A stretch of 64,000 nucleotides of DNA from an uncultured virus (IMG/VR IMGVR_UViG_3300021197_001546) (lineage: Duplodnaviria; Heunggongvirae; Uroviricota; Caudoviricetes), in IMG/VR virus record IMGVR_UViG_3300021197_001546. One strand, 5' to 3'. Position 1 is the stretch's first letter, and each line of letters opens with the position of its first letter. The position numbers and the translations under genes were made by a program. Below, piece by piece: positions 36,974-47,115 of the stretch. The notes under the pieces are model-generated. The model worked only from the letters and a program-made list of their open reading frames with translations, searched no databases and was not told the DNA's origin.

Positions 36974-38068
36974 CTATAGTTTGTATTCGTTTACTACGTT
37001 CACAATTTTTATTTTATCTTGTTCTGTTAACCACCAACCACACGGGACATTCATCATTCTAGAATCAAAAAATTCTAAACCAGACAAATCATTTTTCTTG
37101 AACTTATCAAAAACACTATATCGCAAATTACTAACATGAGCAGAGTCTGTTGCGATTCCATTGTCCAACATGTATTTTCTAAAATCTTTTTTGTCTTCTA
37201 CTAAGATACTAAACAACCAAGAAGAAGATACTCTATCCGAATAACTGTCCATAATTGTAATGTTTGGATTACTGATATTGTCTCTAAAATATCTTGCGTT
37301 TGATATGTGTTTATCTATTAACTGATCTATTGTTTCCAGTTGACGCAATCCTATGACTGCATTAATATTATTCATGTGAAACTTATACCCACACTCTGGT
37401 ATGTCCTGCTCCCACCTAGATGCACATTTGAATTGTCTGTCTAATCCAAACCATCTCAACTTTCTAATTCTAGTTGCATCTTCCTCCGACTTACATACGA
37501 TTGCACCCCCATCCACTGTGGTTAAATGTTTAACCGCTTGGAAAGAAAAGCAAATATAATCTCCGTGATTGCCAATCTTTTTACCTTTATATTCTGATCG
37601 GAGTGCGTGTGCGGCATCCTCCACAACCTTGATGTCATTTTTTTCTGCGATATCTAATATTTCTTCCATGTCACATGGCTGTCCACCCCAATGCACAACT
37701 ATGATCGCTTTTGTTTTTTCAGTAATCTTTTCTCTGATACTATCTGGACATATATTTCCTGTCTTTGGATTGATATCAGCAAAGACAAGATTCGCTCCTG
37801 TATGATAGAATGGTTCATTTGTTGCCATGCATGTCATGGCGGTAGTTATCACTTCATCCTCAGAGGAAAGATCTAGCATATGTGCCGCTAGGTGTAAAGC
37901 ACTGGTGCATGAATTCACTAGACATGTATTTGGATTACCAATATACTCTCCTAGTTTTTTCTCAAACTCATCTGAGTAATCACCCTCGGTAATAAAACCA
38001 GTATCGAATATATCCTGTAATGTTTCGCCTATGTTTTCGGGAACATATACTTTCATTAATGGTATCAT
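36974..38068 (-). CDS. DegT/DnrJ/ArnB-family sugar aminotransferase
   Basis: NSCTSALHLA, VHWGG, EDAAHA and SFQAVKHLTTVDGG (PLP lysine). Confidence 0.93.
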   Translation of the reverse strand: MIPLMKVYVPENIGETLQDIFDTGFITEGDYSDEFEKKLGEYIGNPNTCLVNSCTSALHLAAHMLDLSSEDEVITTAMTCMATNEPFYHTGANLVFADINPKTGNICPDSIREKITEKTKAIIVVHWGGQPCDMEEILDIAEKNDIKVVEDAAHALRSEYKGKKIGNHGDYICFSFQAVKHLTTVDGGAIVCKSEEDATRIRKLRWFGLDRQFKCASRWEQDIPECGYKFHMNNINAVIGLRQLETIDQLIDKHISNARYFRDNISNPNITIMDSYSDRVSSSWLFSILVEDKKDFRKYMLDNGIATDSAHVSNLRYSVFDKFKKNDLSGLEFFDSRMMNVPCGWWLTEQDKIKIVNVVNEYKL

Positions 38069-38081
38069 AATTTTAAAATCC

Positions 38082-39137
38082 TCAATCGGGGAACACCGTT
38101 CCACCATAATATAAATTATACTCGCTGTTCTTGTACTTAGTCAAGACATATTCGTAAGTATTTTTAATCCCATCCTCAAACGAGGTGGAGGGTTTGTTTC
38201 CAAACTTAGATACAATTTTTGAGATGTCTGGTTTTCTTCTGTTGGGTTCGTCCTTTGGATAAAAAGATGGGTGTTCTATGATCCTAAGATTATCCATATT
38301 GCCATCTAAAATTTCATAGGATGTTTTACATACATCATATGCAGACATTTCTATATCCTCACTACCTACATTAAACACCTCCCCATTTGAATCGGATAAA
38401 AGCACTTTAATCATAAGCAATATGGCATCAGCAACATAGCAATATGTTCTAGTTTGTTTTCCGTCCCCATAGACAGACATGATATCATTTTCTGCAAGAC
38501 TCTTGCATAGATTTGCCATCATTCTCCCATCATCCAATCTCATGTATGGTCCGTATAGGTTAAAAGGACGGATGATTTTCACGGGTAGGTTTTGTTCGTT
38601 GTAAAAAATATCGGAGAGGGTTTCTATAACAAGTTTACCAACATCATAACAACTCCTGCTACTCATGGTTGGGATTTGTCCTGTGTATGTTTCTGGTGTT
38701 GGAATATGTTCTGCGGGTGGATCCCCATAAACCTCGCTAGATGAGAACACCATAACAGACTCCGCCTCATCCATAAGAGCCTTGTTAAACACGTTAACCG
38801 TTCCCGTATAAGAAACATCTAGAGTTTTAAAGGGTTGCTTCTTGTACCATTTTGGTGAGGCTATTCCAGCACCATTGATATAAAAGTGACACTTCGGAAT
38901 AGACTCTGGAAAATTAGATTTAGTAATATCTAAACTATCGGTATCCCCATGTATAACCGTGCATGACTCCGACTTGGTGTATACATTTTCGTTTAGATAC
39001 TCAAAGAAAGAAAGAAACCAACTTCCTAAAAATCCGTTCGTCCCCGATATAAAAATGTTTTTGTTTTTAAATCTTTCTAATTCTTCGACTGACAATTTTG
39101 ATACTATATTTTTTAAATCTCTATCAATGACTTTCAT
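38082..39137 (-). CDS. NAD-dependent SDR, UDP-glucuronate decarboxylase-like
   Basis: GTNGFLG, AGIASP, SSSEVYGDP, RSCYDVGK and GDGKQTRTYCYV. Confidence 0.88.
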   Translation of the reverse strand: MKVIDRDLKNIVSKLSVEELERFKNKNIFISGTNGFLGSWFLSFFEYLNENVYTKSESCTVIHGDTDSLDITKSNFPESIPKCHFYINGAGIASPKWYKKQPFKTLDVSYTGTVNVFNKALMDEAESVMVFSSSEVYGDPPAEHIPTPETYTGQIPTMSSRSCYDVGKLVIETLSDIFYNEQNLPVKIIRPFNLYGPYMRLDDGRMMANLCKSLAENDIMSVYGDGKQTRTYCYVADAILLMIKVLLSDSNGEVFNVGSEDIEMSAYDVCKTSYEILDGNMDNLRIIEHPSFYPKDEPNRRKPDISKIVSKFGNKPSTSFEDGIKNTYEYVLTKYKNSEYNLYYGGTVFPD

Positions 39138-39702
39138 TGTGTAATTCCTTCACATCAATTGGATCTATTTTATATTTACGCTCTAGTATTCTGGGAGATT
39201 CCATAATACATTTACTTACATTCTCTACAGTCATACCACTAATTAGTTTCAAACAAGAAACCACAAAGGAAGGTGCTATCGAACACTGCTTAATATATAG
39301 ACTCGTTTCTGTATCCTCTGGTAGCACTGGGTACGTTATTTTACTAACTATAGGTCCATGATCATATTCATCTGTCATCCTATGGAACGTGAGTCCCTGT
39401 TCTCTCTTTCCCTCATTCAACGTGTGTCTAAGAATATCAAGTCCTCCAAATTCAGGCAGCAATCCCGTGTGAAGGTTGAATGTTTTTGGGTTTGATTTTA
39501 TGAGAGAATCGTATTGAATAGATATGGCTAAATCATAATCGCAATTAATAGTGGTTTTTTCCAGTGAAACATTTCCCGGAACCGTGGATCTGATAGAGTT
39601 GGGAACATATCCTATCAAGTTAAAGTTATTCGATTTCAATTCATCGACGACTAACTCGGTTAAATATGTTGATCCAAGAATTAAAATTTTATCAATGTTC
39701 AA
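39124..39702 (-). CDS. Sugar N-formyltransferase
   Basis: FNLHTGLLPEFGG, TFHRM and YDHGPI. Confidence 0.85.
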   Translation of the reverse strand: MNIDKILILGSTYLTELVVDELKSNNFNLIGYVPNSIRSTVPGNVSLEKTTINCDYDLAISIQYDSLIKSNPKTFNLHTGLLPEFGGLDILRHTLNEGKREQGLTFHRMTDEYDHGPIVSKITYPVLPEDTETSLYIKQCSIAPSFVVSCLKLISGMTVENVSKCIMESPRILERKYKIDPIDVKELHNESH

Positions 39703-40618
39703 ACCAACTCTCCCATTCAGATTCTGTGCATTCTAAAAACGCATCGACTCCCATTCCTACTATTTTAGCACCACTTATATCTTTTAATTTAGAATCCGTT
39801 TTCCATATTGAACGATCGCCCCAGTAACCTTTCTGCTCTGATGCCATTGCTCCTATTATTATATTCACACCACCAAAGTATGATGCAATTATGGCATTAC
39901 CACCGGGAGTGCTGAAGTGTATATCCGATAAAGAATGCATCATACACTGTAATTCGTTATAATTTAGATGAGGGTATTGCACAAAAAGATCGGTATCAAC
40001 TATCATTTCATGGTGGTTTTCTTTTATTAGATGCTTGTCGTTCCATTCCATAATTAGGTTGTCGTCTTGTACATATCCCTTGGTACTAGACTCTGGTCTG
40101 AAGTAAATAATGGTGTGCGTATCTTTAAACTCATTGTAAATTTTAGAGATACAATCATTGTCTATTACATTAACTGGATTAAGTCCATGCTCTTTGCTAT
40201 ATTTGTTGTTTATAACCACCAAGGGTTTATCAAACATTTCATTCATACCGCACTCTTTTGCAAGTTTCGAAAAGTGTGACTTGAAGTCGGGAAATGAAAC
40301 CCTCTGCATTTCAGTATCGTGTTTATAATAGTCATGATACCCAACACCAACGGCATTCCAATAGTTTGCCATCTGACCACTGTTGGCAGGTTCGACATAT
40401 ATCTTTTTACCGCACGGGGCTGTGTGTGCAAACTGCTCTAGTTCTAAATCGTCGTGGTGATTTTTTGACCAAAAGTAAAAACAGGATGTCTCGGGGAGAG
40501 AATGTGTATGAACATCAAGGTGTGGTAAATTTTCCACAGCATAGTTCATGTGAGGGATTCCGACATGCAAAAGAAAACTAAATTCTTGGTGCAAGAACAT
40601 ATCAAATCTGTCTGTCAT
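39692..40618 (-). CDS. Hypothetical, possible glycosyltransferase
   Basis: 308 aa with INNKY..E and GGNAIIASYFGG; inside the glycan island. Confidence 0.45.
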   Translation of the reverse strand: MTDRFDMFLHQEFSFLLHVGIPHMNYAVENLPHLDVHTHSLPETSCFYFWSKNHHDDLELEQFAHTAPCGKKIYVEPANSGQMANYWNAVGVGYHDYYKHDTEMQRVSFPDFKSHFSKLAKECGMNEMFDKPLVVINNKYSKEHGLNPVNVIDNDCISKIYNEFKDTHTIIYFRPESSTKGYVQDDNLIMEWNDKHLIKENHHEMIVDTDLFVQYPHLNYNELQCMMHSLSDIHFSTPGGNAIIASYFGGVNIIIGAMASEQKGYWGDRSIWKTDSKLKDISGAKIVGMGVDAFLECTESEWESWFEH

Positions 40619-41322
40619 ATCGCTACCCTATCCACAATCCACTTGTCCAGAACATCTCTGTCAGCCTGGGACCAAAGAGTGTCGTCGGCTTTCACTGCCT
40701 CACCGACAAAGTAAACCATAGCATCGGGATCACGTTCGACCGTAGGGAAAGGTTTATTCTCGGAATGAAAGGGATCGTGCGTAACATTATCTTCAATAGC
40801 AAGAGGCCATATCAGACCCCACAAAAATGCTTGATCGGATCCCTTTGAGTCTGCGTGATAGTTTCCATTCACGAACTGCTGGATTTTCAATCTCATATTG
40901 ATTCTAGCAGTTCTTTTCATTCCCCACATGCCGCCCATGATCGCCGTAGTGTGATAGGGATGATCTCTCATAACATGAAAGTTCTTGTCCGACTTCATCC
41001 ACTCGTCAACTGCTTCCTTCTCTCGGACGGACAAACGAGAATCTGTGTCTCTCGAAATGAAACACTCAACATCTTCATCATCACATGCAGTAAATCGCCA
41101 CATCATTGAGTTGGATGTTCCCACTTCGTCTTTAACAATGACTTCGACATTGTCATATTCCATAAGACGATCGACGACTTCGATTGGTGTGTTTTTGCCA
41201 GCAATATAAAACCGACAAATCCAGTCGGGATAAATCTCTTTGGCCAACTCTACGTTCTTGTATGCACCATCAAGATAAAAAGGATCATCCCCCCACAACG
41301 AAAAAGTAATAAGTTTTTTCAT
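40615..41322 (-). CDS. Putative GT-A-fold glycosyltransferase
   Basis: SLWG, WRF, SRDTDSR, MRDHPYH, MGGMWG and DQ.FL motifs. Confidence 0.6.
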   Translation of the reverse strand: MKKLITFSLWGDDPFYLDGAYKNVELAKEIYPDWICRFYIAGKNTPIEVVDRLMEYDNVEVIVKDEVGTSNSMMWRFTACDDEDVECFISRDTDSRLSVREKEAVDEWMKSDKNFHVMRDHPYHTTAIMGGMWGMKRTARINMRLKIQQFVNGNYHADSKGSDQAFLWGLIWPLAIEDNVTHDPFHSENKPFPTVERDPDAMVYFVGEAVKADDTLWSQADRDVLDKWIVDRVAI

Positions 41323-41945
41323 TGAGTCACCACCGATTCTGTTTCTTCTGTAGACCACTTGTAAACGTGAAGAAATTCATCAGACTTATATGATCGTAAA
41401 ACCTTGGGGTAAAGTCTAGACAACCACTGAATATCTTCACACGACTGACCTGTCTGGGAATAAGTTTCGACAAACTGTTCACTTTGAGCCAATTCAGTTT
41501 TCCAGCAACACCAATGATAAGGGGGACGAAGAGTATCTCTATACTCTCCCGTTTGATCCACAAGAACAGGATCGTGGGGGTTATACATGTCACAAAAAAT
41601 ACGGGCATGCTTACCGTCAAGATAGGCATTTTGATTAAAAGAAATCACATCCCATGAAGGATCATTCTCAATGATGTCAGTCAAACAAGAAATGTAATTA
41701 TCTTCTACATCATCGTCATCGTCAAGCCAACAAAGATGACTTCCCCGAGCAGCGTTCAATAGAACATTTCTCTTTTCGTAGATATGAAAAGACTTATTAT
41801 CAATGAAAGAAAGGACTTCTACGTCTTCTCTGTCACCAATCTGTTCGAGCAATTTATTTTGTAGGACGGTATATTTTTCGAGTCTCGAAGGAATCGAGAG
41901 TATTAGAATACTAAGTTTTATCAGCGACGGATCTTTCGGCATCAA
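41319..41945 (-). CDS. GT2-like glycosyltransferase
   Basis: LSILI, KRN.LL..ARG, LDDDD and CED. Confidence 0.8.
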   Translation of the reverse strand: MMPKDPSLIKLSILILSIPSRLEKYTVLQNKLLEQIGDREDVEVLSFIDNKSFHIYEKRNVLLNAARGSHLCWLDDDDDVEDNYISCLTDIIENDPSWDVISFNQNAYLDGKHARIFCDMYNPHDPVLVDQTGEYRDTLRPPYHWCCWKTELAQSEQFVETYSQTGQSCEDIQWLSRLYPKVLRSYKSDEFLHVYKWSTEETESVVTQ

Positions 41946-42642
41946 GACGCTCCTTCACGGAATTCATATCAAAATCATTTTTCATTCGCTCCTGATAGAT
42001 TGCTCCATCTTTCGCATACATTTCTGCGTTCTCGTTTCTTTGATGGAGAGCATCAGCATCAGGATGATCTCCTGGCACCCAAGCATGTCGAATAATACAT
42101 GTAGGAGAAACCGCCAAGATATCCATCTTAGCAAACAACGCAGTCATTTCTGTGTCGCAGTATATTGATGTATAATCGGGATGATATAGATGTCCCATTG
42201 CCTTATACAAAGGGAAACCAAGGACTGGCAACGTCATCAACAGATCTTCTGGACCACGAAGTCCATCATTGAATTTAATGGAACCGCAATAGTCGGGAAA
42301 GAGTTGATTGAAACCCTGAGCAATGATATCATCCCATCCTTCTAAACAGGGAACCATGTCATCACTGACAAGAACGAGAATGTCACCATTTTCGTCTTCA
42401 AGATCAGCATTACATGCCTCAATCTTAGTCTTAGATTGTCCATAGTTGTACTTGAGATCAATGTCCAATGAGTCCAACCACTCTTTGATCTCAGGAGTGT
42501 TCATAGAAGTATCATCTTCATCCATTGTAATAACGAAACGAAGATCGTGCTTCCCAGAAAGGAAGTCGATATACTTTTGTAGAACACTCTTGAATTTTTC
42601 TGGACGGGATCTAGTTGGAAATTTTACCACAATTTTTGACAT
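41911..42642 (-). CDS. GT2-like glycosyltransferase
   Basis: PTRSRP, VSDDM and YCD.E. Confidence 0.78.
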   Translation of the reverse strand: MSKIVVKFPTRSRPEKFKSVLQKYIDFLSGKHDLRFVITMDEDDTSMNTPEIKEWLDSLDIDLKYNYGQSKTKIEACNADLEDENGDILVLVSDDMVPCLEGWDDIIAQGFNQLFPDYCGSIKFNDGLRGPEDLLMTLPVLGFPLYKAMGHLYHPDYTSIYCDTEMTALFAKMDILAVSPTCIIRHAWVPGDHPDADALHQRNENAEMYAKDGAIYQERMKNDFDMNSVKERLDAERSVADKT

Positions 42643-42658
42643 AATGAATATTCCTTTT

Positions 42659-43066
42659 TTACTTTTTTCTACCTATATGATATTTAGGTATCAGTTCCCA
42701 TTCTCTTTTCTCATTATACGAAATAATTTTGATTTGTGCAAGAGAAACTTTAGGATCTTTTGCCTTGGTCGGATCGACGAGGCTTAATAATTCCCACTCC
42801 TCTAAAAGAGTTGCAATTGTATTCCTCCTACCGAAATCAGTTTCGCTTATATCTGTAGGCAAACCGTCTAATGCAAACAACTCTTTAAAGTGAACGATAT
42901 AATATTTACCTCTCTTGTGTAAGATGTGACAAGACTGGTAAAGTTTATTTTCCGTTCGAGAAGATACACCCATTCGTGTTAAGGTCTCTCGTACCTTAAG
43001 GAAATCGTCTTCTTCTTTCAACTGAATTTCTAATAGGTCTTCTATTGATAAATCTAAATGTTCCAT
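42659..43066 (-). CDS. regA: Translational repressor RegA
   Basis: DDFLKVRETLTRMG and LYQSCHILHKRGKYYIVHFKELF. Confidence 0.96.
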   Translation of the reverse strand: MEHLDLSIEDLLEIQLKEEDDFLKVRETLTRMGVSSRTENKLYQSCHILHKRGKYYIVHFKELFALDGLPTDISETDFGRRNTIATLLEEWELLSLVDPTKAKDPKVSLAQIKIISYNEKREWELIPKYHIGRKK

Positions 43067-43098
43067 GTAACCTCCATATTAAACACAATATGTAGGTT

Positions 43099-43485
43099 TT
43101 AACTATTTTTATCTCCGTATGTCGTACGATCCCGTATCTGAACCAACTGATCTTCGGTCATTAAAGACATATACTCTTCGGCTTTTTTGCGAGATACACC
43201 ATAATACTCCATAACCCAAGAGATTTTAGGATCCATCTCTTTCTTTTGCCACTTACTGAAACGCTTTCTCTTACGAACTGAATGCAGAAAATACTCATAA
43301 TGCATTCTCTTGTCCATATTGGGGATGGCGTTCACAGCGTTAGACAAGAAAATCGTGTCAGGGAAATACGAAAGAGACTTGTTAATGATAAAAGGAGCAT
43401 ACGATCTCTCCTCTCGATCATCCCGAGATCGGAGTATGTTCTCTTTGTTATGATTAATAGAATTTAGAATCTCACTCAGATTCAC
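43099..43485 (-). CDS. gp62: Clamp loader small subunit
   Basis: Y.PFIINKSLSYF.DT and RKRKRFSKW. Confidence 0.9.
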   Translation of the reverse strand: MNLSEILNSINHNKENILRSRDDREERSYAPFIINKSLSYFPDTIFLSNAVNAIPNMDKRMHYEYFLHSVRKRKRFSKWQKKEMDPKISWVMEYYGVSRKKAEEYMSLMTEDQLVQIRDRTTYGDKNS

Positions 43486-43759
43486 AAATCACTCCAACAA
43501 TATCATCAAAGTCCACAATATCATAGGAACTGTAACCGTTCACCTTTCGCATATCGTAAATCACATTATCTCCCACCGAGAAGTCAGCCTCATGGATACG
43601 TCCACTAGAATGCATCTTACCTTCACCTATCGCCATAACTTGACCACGGATCCAATAATCTTTTTGCTTCTCGGAGTATACAATACCATGTTCCGTAGTT
43701 TGCTCGCCCTTGTTCTCTCGGTCAAGAATAACCTTACCCCGTGTAGGAATCATAATCAT
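43472..43759 (-). CDS. groES: GroES-like co-chaperonin
   Basis: P..GKVI, TEHGIV mobile loop, V.AIGEG, VGD.V and DIVGV. Confidence 0.75.
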   Translation of the reverse strand: MIMIPTRGKVILDRENKGEQTTEHGIVYSEKQKDYWIRGQVMAIGEGKMHSSGRIHEADFSVGDNVIYDMRKVNGYSSYDIVDFDDIVGVICESE

Positions 43760-44691
43760 TTGAATTCACACCTCATCATAAGTTCTGTAAGACACGCCAC
43801 CATGTTAATCTCATGGTCGGCAACGAAAGCCGACTTGTACTGATACTCTGCGAGAATCAGAACGGCTTCAGGAATAGAATGTGGTTTGATGTGATCATAC
43901 AAACCATCATAAATTTTACGGAAGATCTGTGACTGATCGTTATCTAGATGTTCAACAACCCAACTACGAACCTTGCCGAACTCTTTTACTTTCATCGACG
44001 AGATCAACTGCTTAACACTGATATCACCCAACTCGGAAAGAATACCAACATCAATCTTACCACCGACCGAGTATCGTTGAAGTTCGTTTAGAATTCGACG
44101 AATGTCTGGGAAGTGCTTCATGATCAACTTGGCAATAACCTCGTCATCATACGGAACATTTTCGTTCTTCAGAATCGTAGAGATTCGATCGTAGATCTGA
44201 GATGCCATTTTTGGTCGTTGATCCATCGGAATCTTGAACTCAACAACGGTACATCGAGAGTGAAGTGGTTCGATGATCCTGTTCTTATAGTTGCAAGTAA
44301 GAATGAACCGACAGTTCTTAGAGAACTCTTCAATGAATCCACGAAGAGCAGGCTGAGTAGACTGGGGATTGGAGTAATCAAACTCATCGAGAATGACAAC
44401 CTTCTTTCCACCAGTCATCGATACCGTGCTTGCAAAGTTGCGAATCGTTGTTCGGAGTGTGTCGATGTTTCCATCTTCCGAACAGTTGATCATCATAAAC
44501 TCACTGTCCATTTCATGACAGAGTGCCTTTGCAACAGTCGTCTTTCCGCAACCAGGCCCACCGCAGAGAAGTAGATTCTGAGTTTCCCCAGAGTCTACCA
44601 TCTGCTTAAAGGTGGACTTGATCGAGTCAGGGAGAATGCAATCTCCGATCGTCTTCGGACGATACTTTTCTACCCAGAGAAATTCATCCAT
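43756..44691 (-). CDS. gp44: Clamp loader large subunit
   Basis: LWVEKYRP, GPGCGKTT, DEFD and SRC. Confidence 0.95.
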   Translation of the reverse strand: MDEFLWVEKYRPKTIGDCILPDSIKSTFKQMVDSGETQNLLLCGGPGCGKTTVAKALCHEMDSEFMMINCSEDGNIDTLRTTIRNFASTVSMTGGKKVVILDEFDYSNPQSTQPALRGFIEEFSKNCRFILTCNYKNRIIEPLHSRCTVVEFKIPMDQRPKMASQIYDRISTILKNENVPYDDEVIAKLIMKHFPDIRRILNELQRYSVGGKIDVGILSELGDISVKQLISSMKVKEFGKVRSWVVEHLDNDQSQIFRKIYDGLYDHIKPHSIPEAVLILAEYQYKSAFVADHEINMVACLTELMMRCEFK

Positions 44692-45385
44692 TGTACACAG
44701 AATCCGACTCAAGGGCGATCCAGTACTGGACACCAGAAGTTCGGTGGACAAAGTGACTGACAACCTGCTTGGCGATTGATACATCGTAATCACCACCGAT
44801 CATCTTAAGGTTCTCAACCTTGAAGAAGAACTTGAAGTCAGGAGCATCGGCCGATAGTTCTCCGAGATCAATCGAATACGAGTTAGAACTGTTGTTTGCC
44901 TTCTTGTCAACAGCGGTCATCATAAGAGTTTCGCCCTCAGTCTGAACGCAAAGATCAGCAAGTCCAAGAACAGCAGCAGCCTTCTGGAGTTCAACAAGAT
45001 CCCGCTGTCGAAGTTCAAATTCAACGACGGAATCTGGCATCGTGATCTTCTTACTTGGTGTAGTAATAAGATTGGGAGCGGAGTAGAAGTAACGAACGCT
45101 AGATCCATTTTTCCCCGAGATCATAACATGGTTCTCATCAAACTCGAATGTTGGATTATCGAAGAGACTGATCGTTCCAAGGAACTGATTCAGATCCCAG
45201 ATAGCGATCTCTCGGTCAAAATCCTCTTCGATCTCTGCTTCAGCCATGATGTTCTTCATGGGAGAAACAGTGGTAAGAGTATTACCAGGCTTGATTAGAA
45301 TGTTAGAGTTGATCCCAGCAAAGTTCTTTAGAATCGCCAGGGTCTTTTCCGATAGGACGGTCTTAGTTTTAGTCATCATATTCAC
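44684..45385 (-). CDS. gp45: Sliding clamp
   Basis: ILKNFAGIN, IWDLNQFL and YWIALE. Confidence 0.92.
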   Translation of the reverse strand: MNMMTKTKTVLSEKTLAILKNFAGINSNILIKPGNTLTTVSPMKNIMAEAEIEEDFDREIAIWDLNQFLGTISLFDNPTFEFDENHVMISGKNGSSVRYFYSAPNLITTPSKKITMPDSVVEFELRQRDLVELQKAAAVLGLADLCVQTEGETLMMTAVDKKANNSSNSYSIDLGELSADAPDFKFFFKVENLKMIGGDYDVSIAKQVVSHFVHRTSGVQYWIALESDSVYNG

Positions 45386-45573
45386 CAGTCTCCTTGTTCA
45401 AGGTCTTCTGCATAATCATCAAATTTATTACTATCATTCATAAGATCACGAAGCATTTTCTTGTCTTGCTTTCTCTTACCCTTACGTTGTTCACGACGAA
45501 CACCGCGAGTACCATCTTCTTCATAGTCTTCTGCCCAAGATCTTTTCTTAGGCTTTCTGTAGTCTCTAGACAT
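45382..45573 (-). CDS. Small charged hypothetical protein
   Basis: 63-aa ORF coupled to both neighbours. Confidence 0.6.
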   Translation of the reverse strand: MSRDYRKPKKRSWAEDYEEDGTRGVRREQRKGKRKQDKKMLRDLMNDSNKFDDYAEDLEQGDW

Positions 45574-46415
45574 TAAAAGTCTCCGATGCTTTCCATTAGA
45601 TTCTTCAATCCTTTTTGAATAAAGTAATCGAGAAGGCCACTCCGTGACGCAATCTCTTGTGTGTCGTAATTTTCATTGATTCTTTCAACCACATCAGACG
45701 GGATATAGTTAAAGTCAATCAACTGTCTGTTTCTATCATAGTTCCTTGAGATCGTTTCGTCAACCTCAAATCCATCAATAACTTCACGAACGCGAGTCTT
45801 CGCCTTTGCGTTCATTGGCTTCTGTCGCTTTCCTTCTACCACAAACGTATCGTCATCCGACAGAATATTTGGAACACCGTCACTCACATCACCCTTCATA
45901 ATATGATTGAAGAGAAAGGAGTCGGGACGATCACATACCAACATCTTCTTTTGAATTGGACTGTATTGATTCACGCCTGGATATACTTGCAACTGCTGGA
46001 AATCTTTGTCGCCAGAAATGATCATGATCTTTTCCTGCTGATGAAACCGAGCAGTAAGAACCGCAATAATATCATCGGCTTCACATGCATCCACAGTCAA
46101 ATTCTTATATGGTAAGTTATCGCGTACTTCGTTACGAATACTGGTCAAGGAGTCATAGATTGAACTCCAATCGACGCTAGAGTCCTTCTGCTGCTTCTTA
46201 CGAGCAGCCTTGTAGTGTTCAAAGACACCACGACGCCAAGGTCCACCTGCATCATTACAGATGATAAGTTCACCGTATTCAGGGAACTTGGAACGATACA
46301 TGCGATATGTGTTAAGGACAAGATGACGAATAAAATCATCATCGATGTTTGGGTTGTATTTGATTGACTGGAAAATACTTGCCAGAATAATCTGGCTGTT
46401 ATCGAGGAGTATCAC
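45573..46415 (-). CDS. rnh: T4-type RNase H (5'-3' exonuclease)
   Basis: WRR..F..YK, EADDII, SGDKDF and GD.SDGVPN. Confidence 0.93.
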   Translation of the reverse strand: MILLDNSQIILASIFQSIKYNPNIDDDFIRHLVLNTYRMYRSKFPEYGELIICNDAGGPWRRGVFEHYKAARKKQQKDSSVDWSSIYDSLTSIRNEVRDNLPYKNLTVDACEADDIIAVLTARFHQQEKIMIISGDKDFQQLQVYPGVNQYSPIQKKMLVCDRPDSFLFNHIMKGDVSDGVPNILSDDDTFVVEGKRQKPMNAKAKTRVREVIDGFEVDETISRNYDRNRQLIDFNYIPSDVVERINENYDTQEIASRSGLLDYFIQKGLKNLMESIGDF

Positions 46416-46425
46416 GAGGTTCCAT

Positions 46426-47115
46426 TCACTTTGAAACTTTAATTAGAACTACGTCACCGCTCACGCGACCAGTGACTTCTAGATTCTTGTTCTTCAGTTT
46501 GTCCATTTCTTGCTTTACCGATCGCACTCCAGCATTGGCAATATCTTGCAGTCTCATCTTGGAGCGACCAAAATTCTTACCGTATGACTTATCGGGATTG
46601 AAATTGTGAATCGTAGTGCCTTTCACTTCAAATCCCGTGTCGCTTTCATACCAGAACAACTTGTTCTGCTTACAATTATAGCACACAAGAATCTTAGATC
46701 CAATGATTTGTTCGGGATTGATGGACTTTACTCCATCACATTCTTCTTTGAACTTCATCTTCTTGACCTGAACAGAGGCAGACTTTGCTCGCTTACGGCG
46801 AGTAATCTTGCTGTTGGTCTCTAGGAAGTCTCTAACAAGAGTGGCAAAAGAAATCAGGTGATTCAACTTTGTCTTCGAAAGAAAGTCCCAAGCCTCTCGA
46901 AGATCTTCGTCTCCGTCGAGAGCAGATTCAATCTCGTCAACCAAAGAGGCATATTGATCAACCAATTCTTTCATGTCTCTTTTAGTTGGCTTATATGCCT
47001 TGACCAAACCTGCTACCTTGGGCTTCTGCGTAGACGTACCCTGTCTCAAATTCTCGATATACCGATCAGTCATCAGGTCGAGAACGGACGCTAAATTATC
47101 TTGACTCGTCTTCAT
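46426..47115 (-). CDS. Hypothetical protein conserved in T4-like phages
   Basis: SINP..IIG, F.VKGTT and GR.....L motifs. Confidence 0.6.
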   Translation of the reverse strand: MKTSQDNLASVLDLMTDRYIENLRQGTSTQKPKVAGLVKAYKPTKRDMKELVDQYASLVDEIESALDGDEDLREAWDFLSKTKLNHLISFATLVRDFLETNSKITRRKRAKSASVQVKKMKFKEECDGVKSINPEQIIGSKILVCYNCKQNKLFWYESDTGFEVKGTTIHNFNPDKSYGKNFGRSKMRLQDIANAGVRSVKQEMDKLKNKNLEVTGRVSGDVVLIKVSK

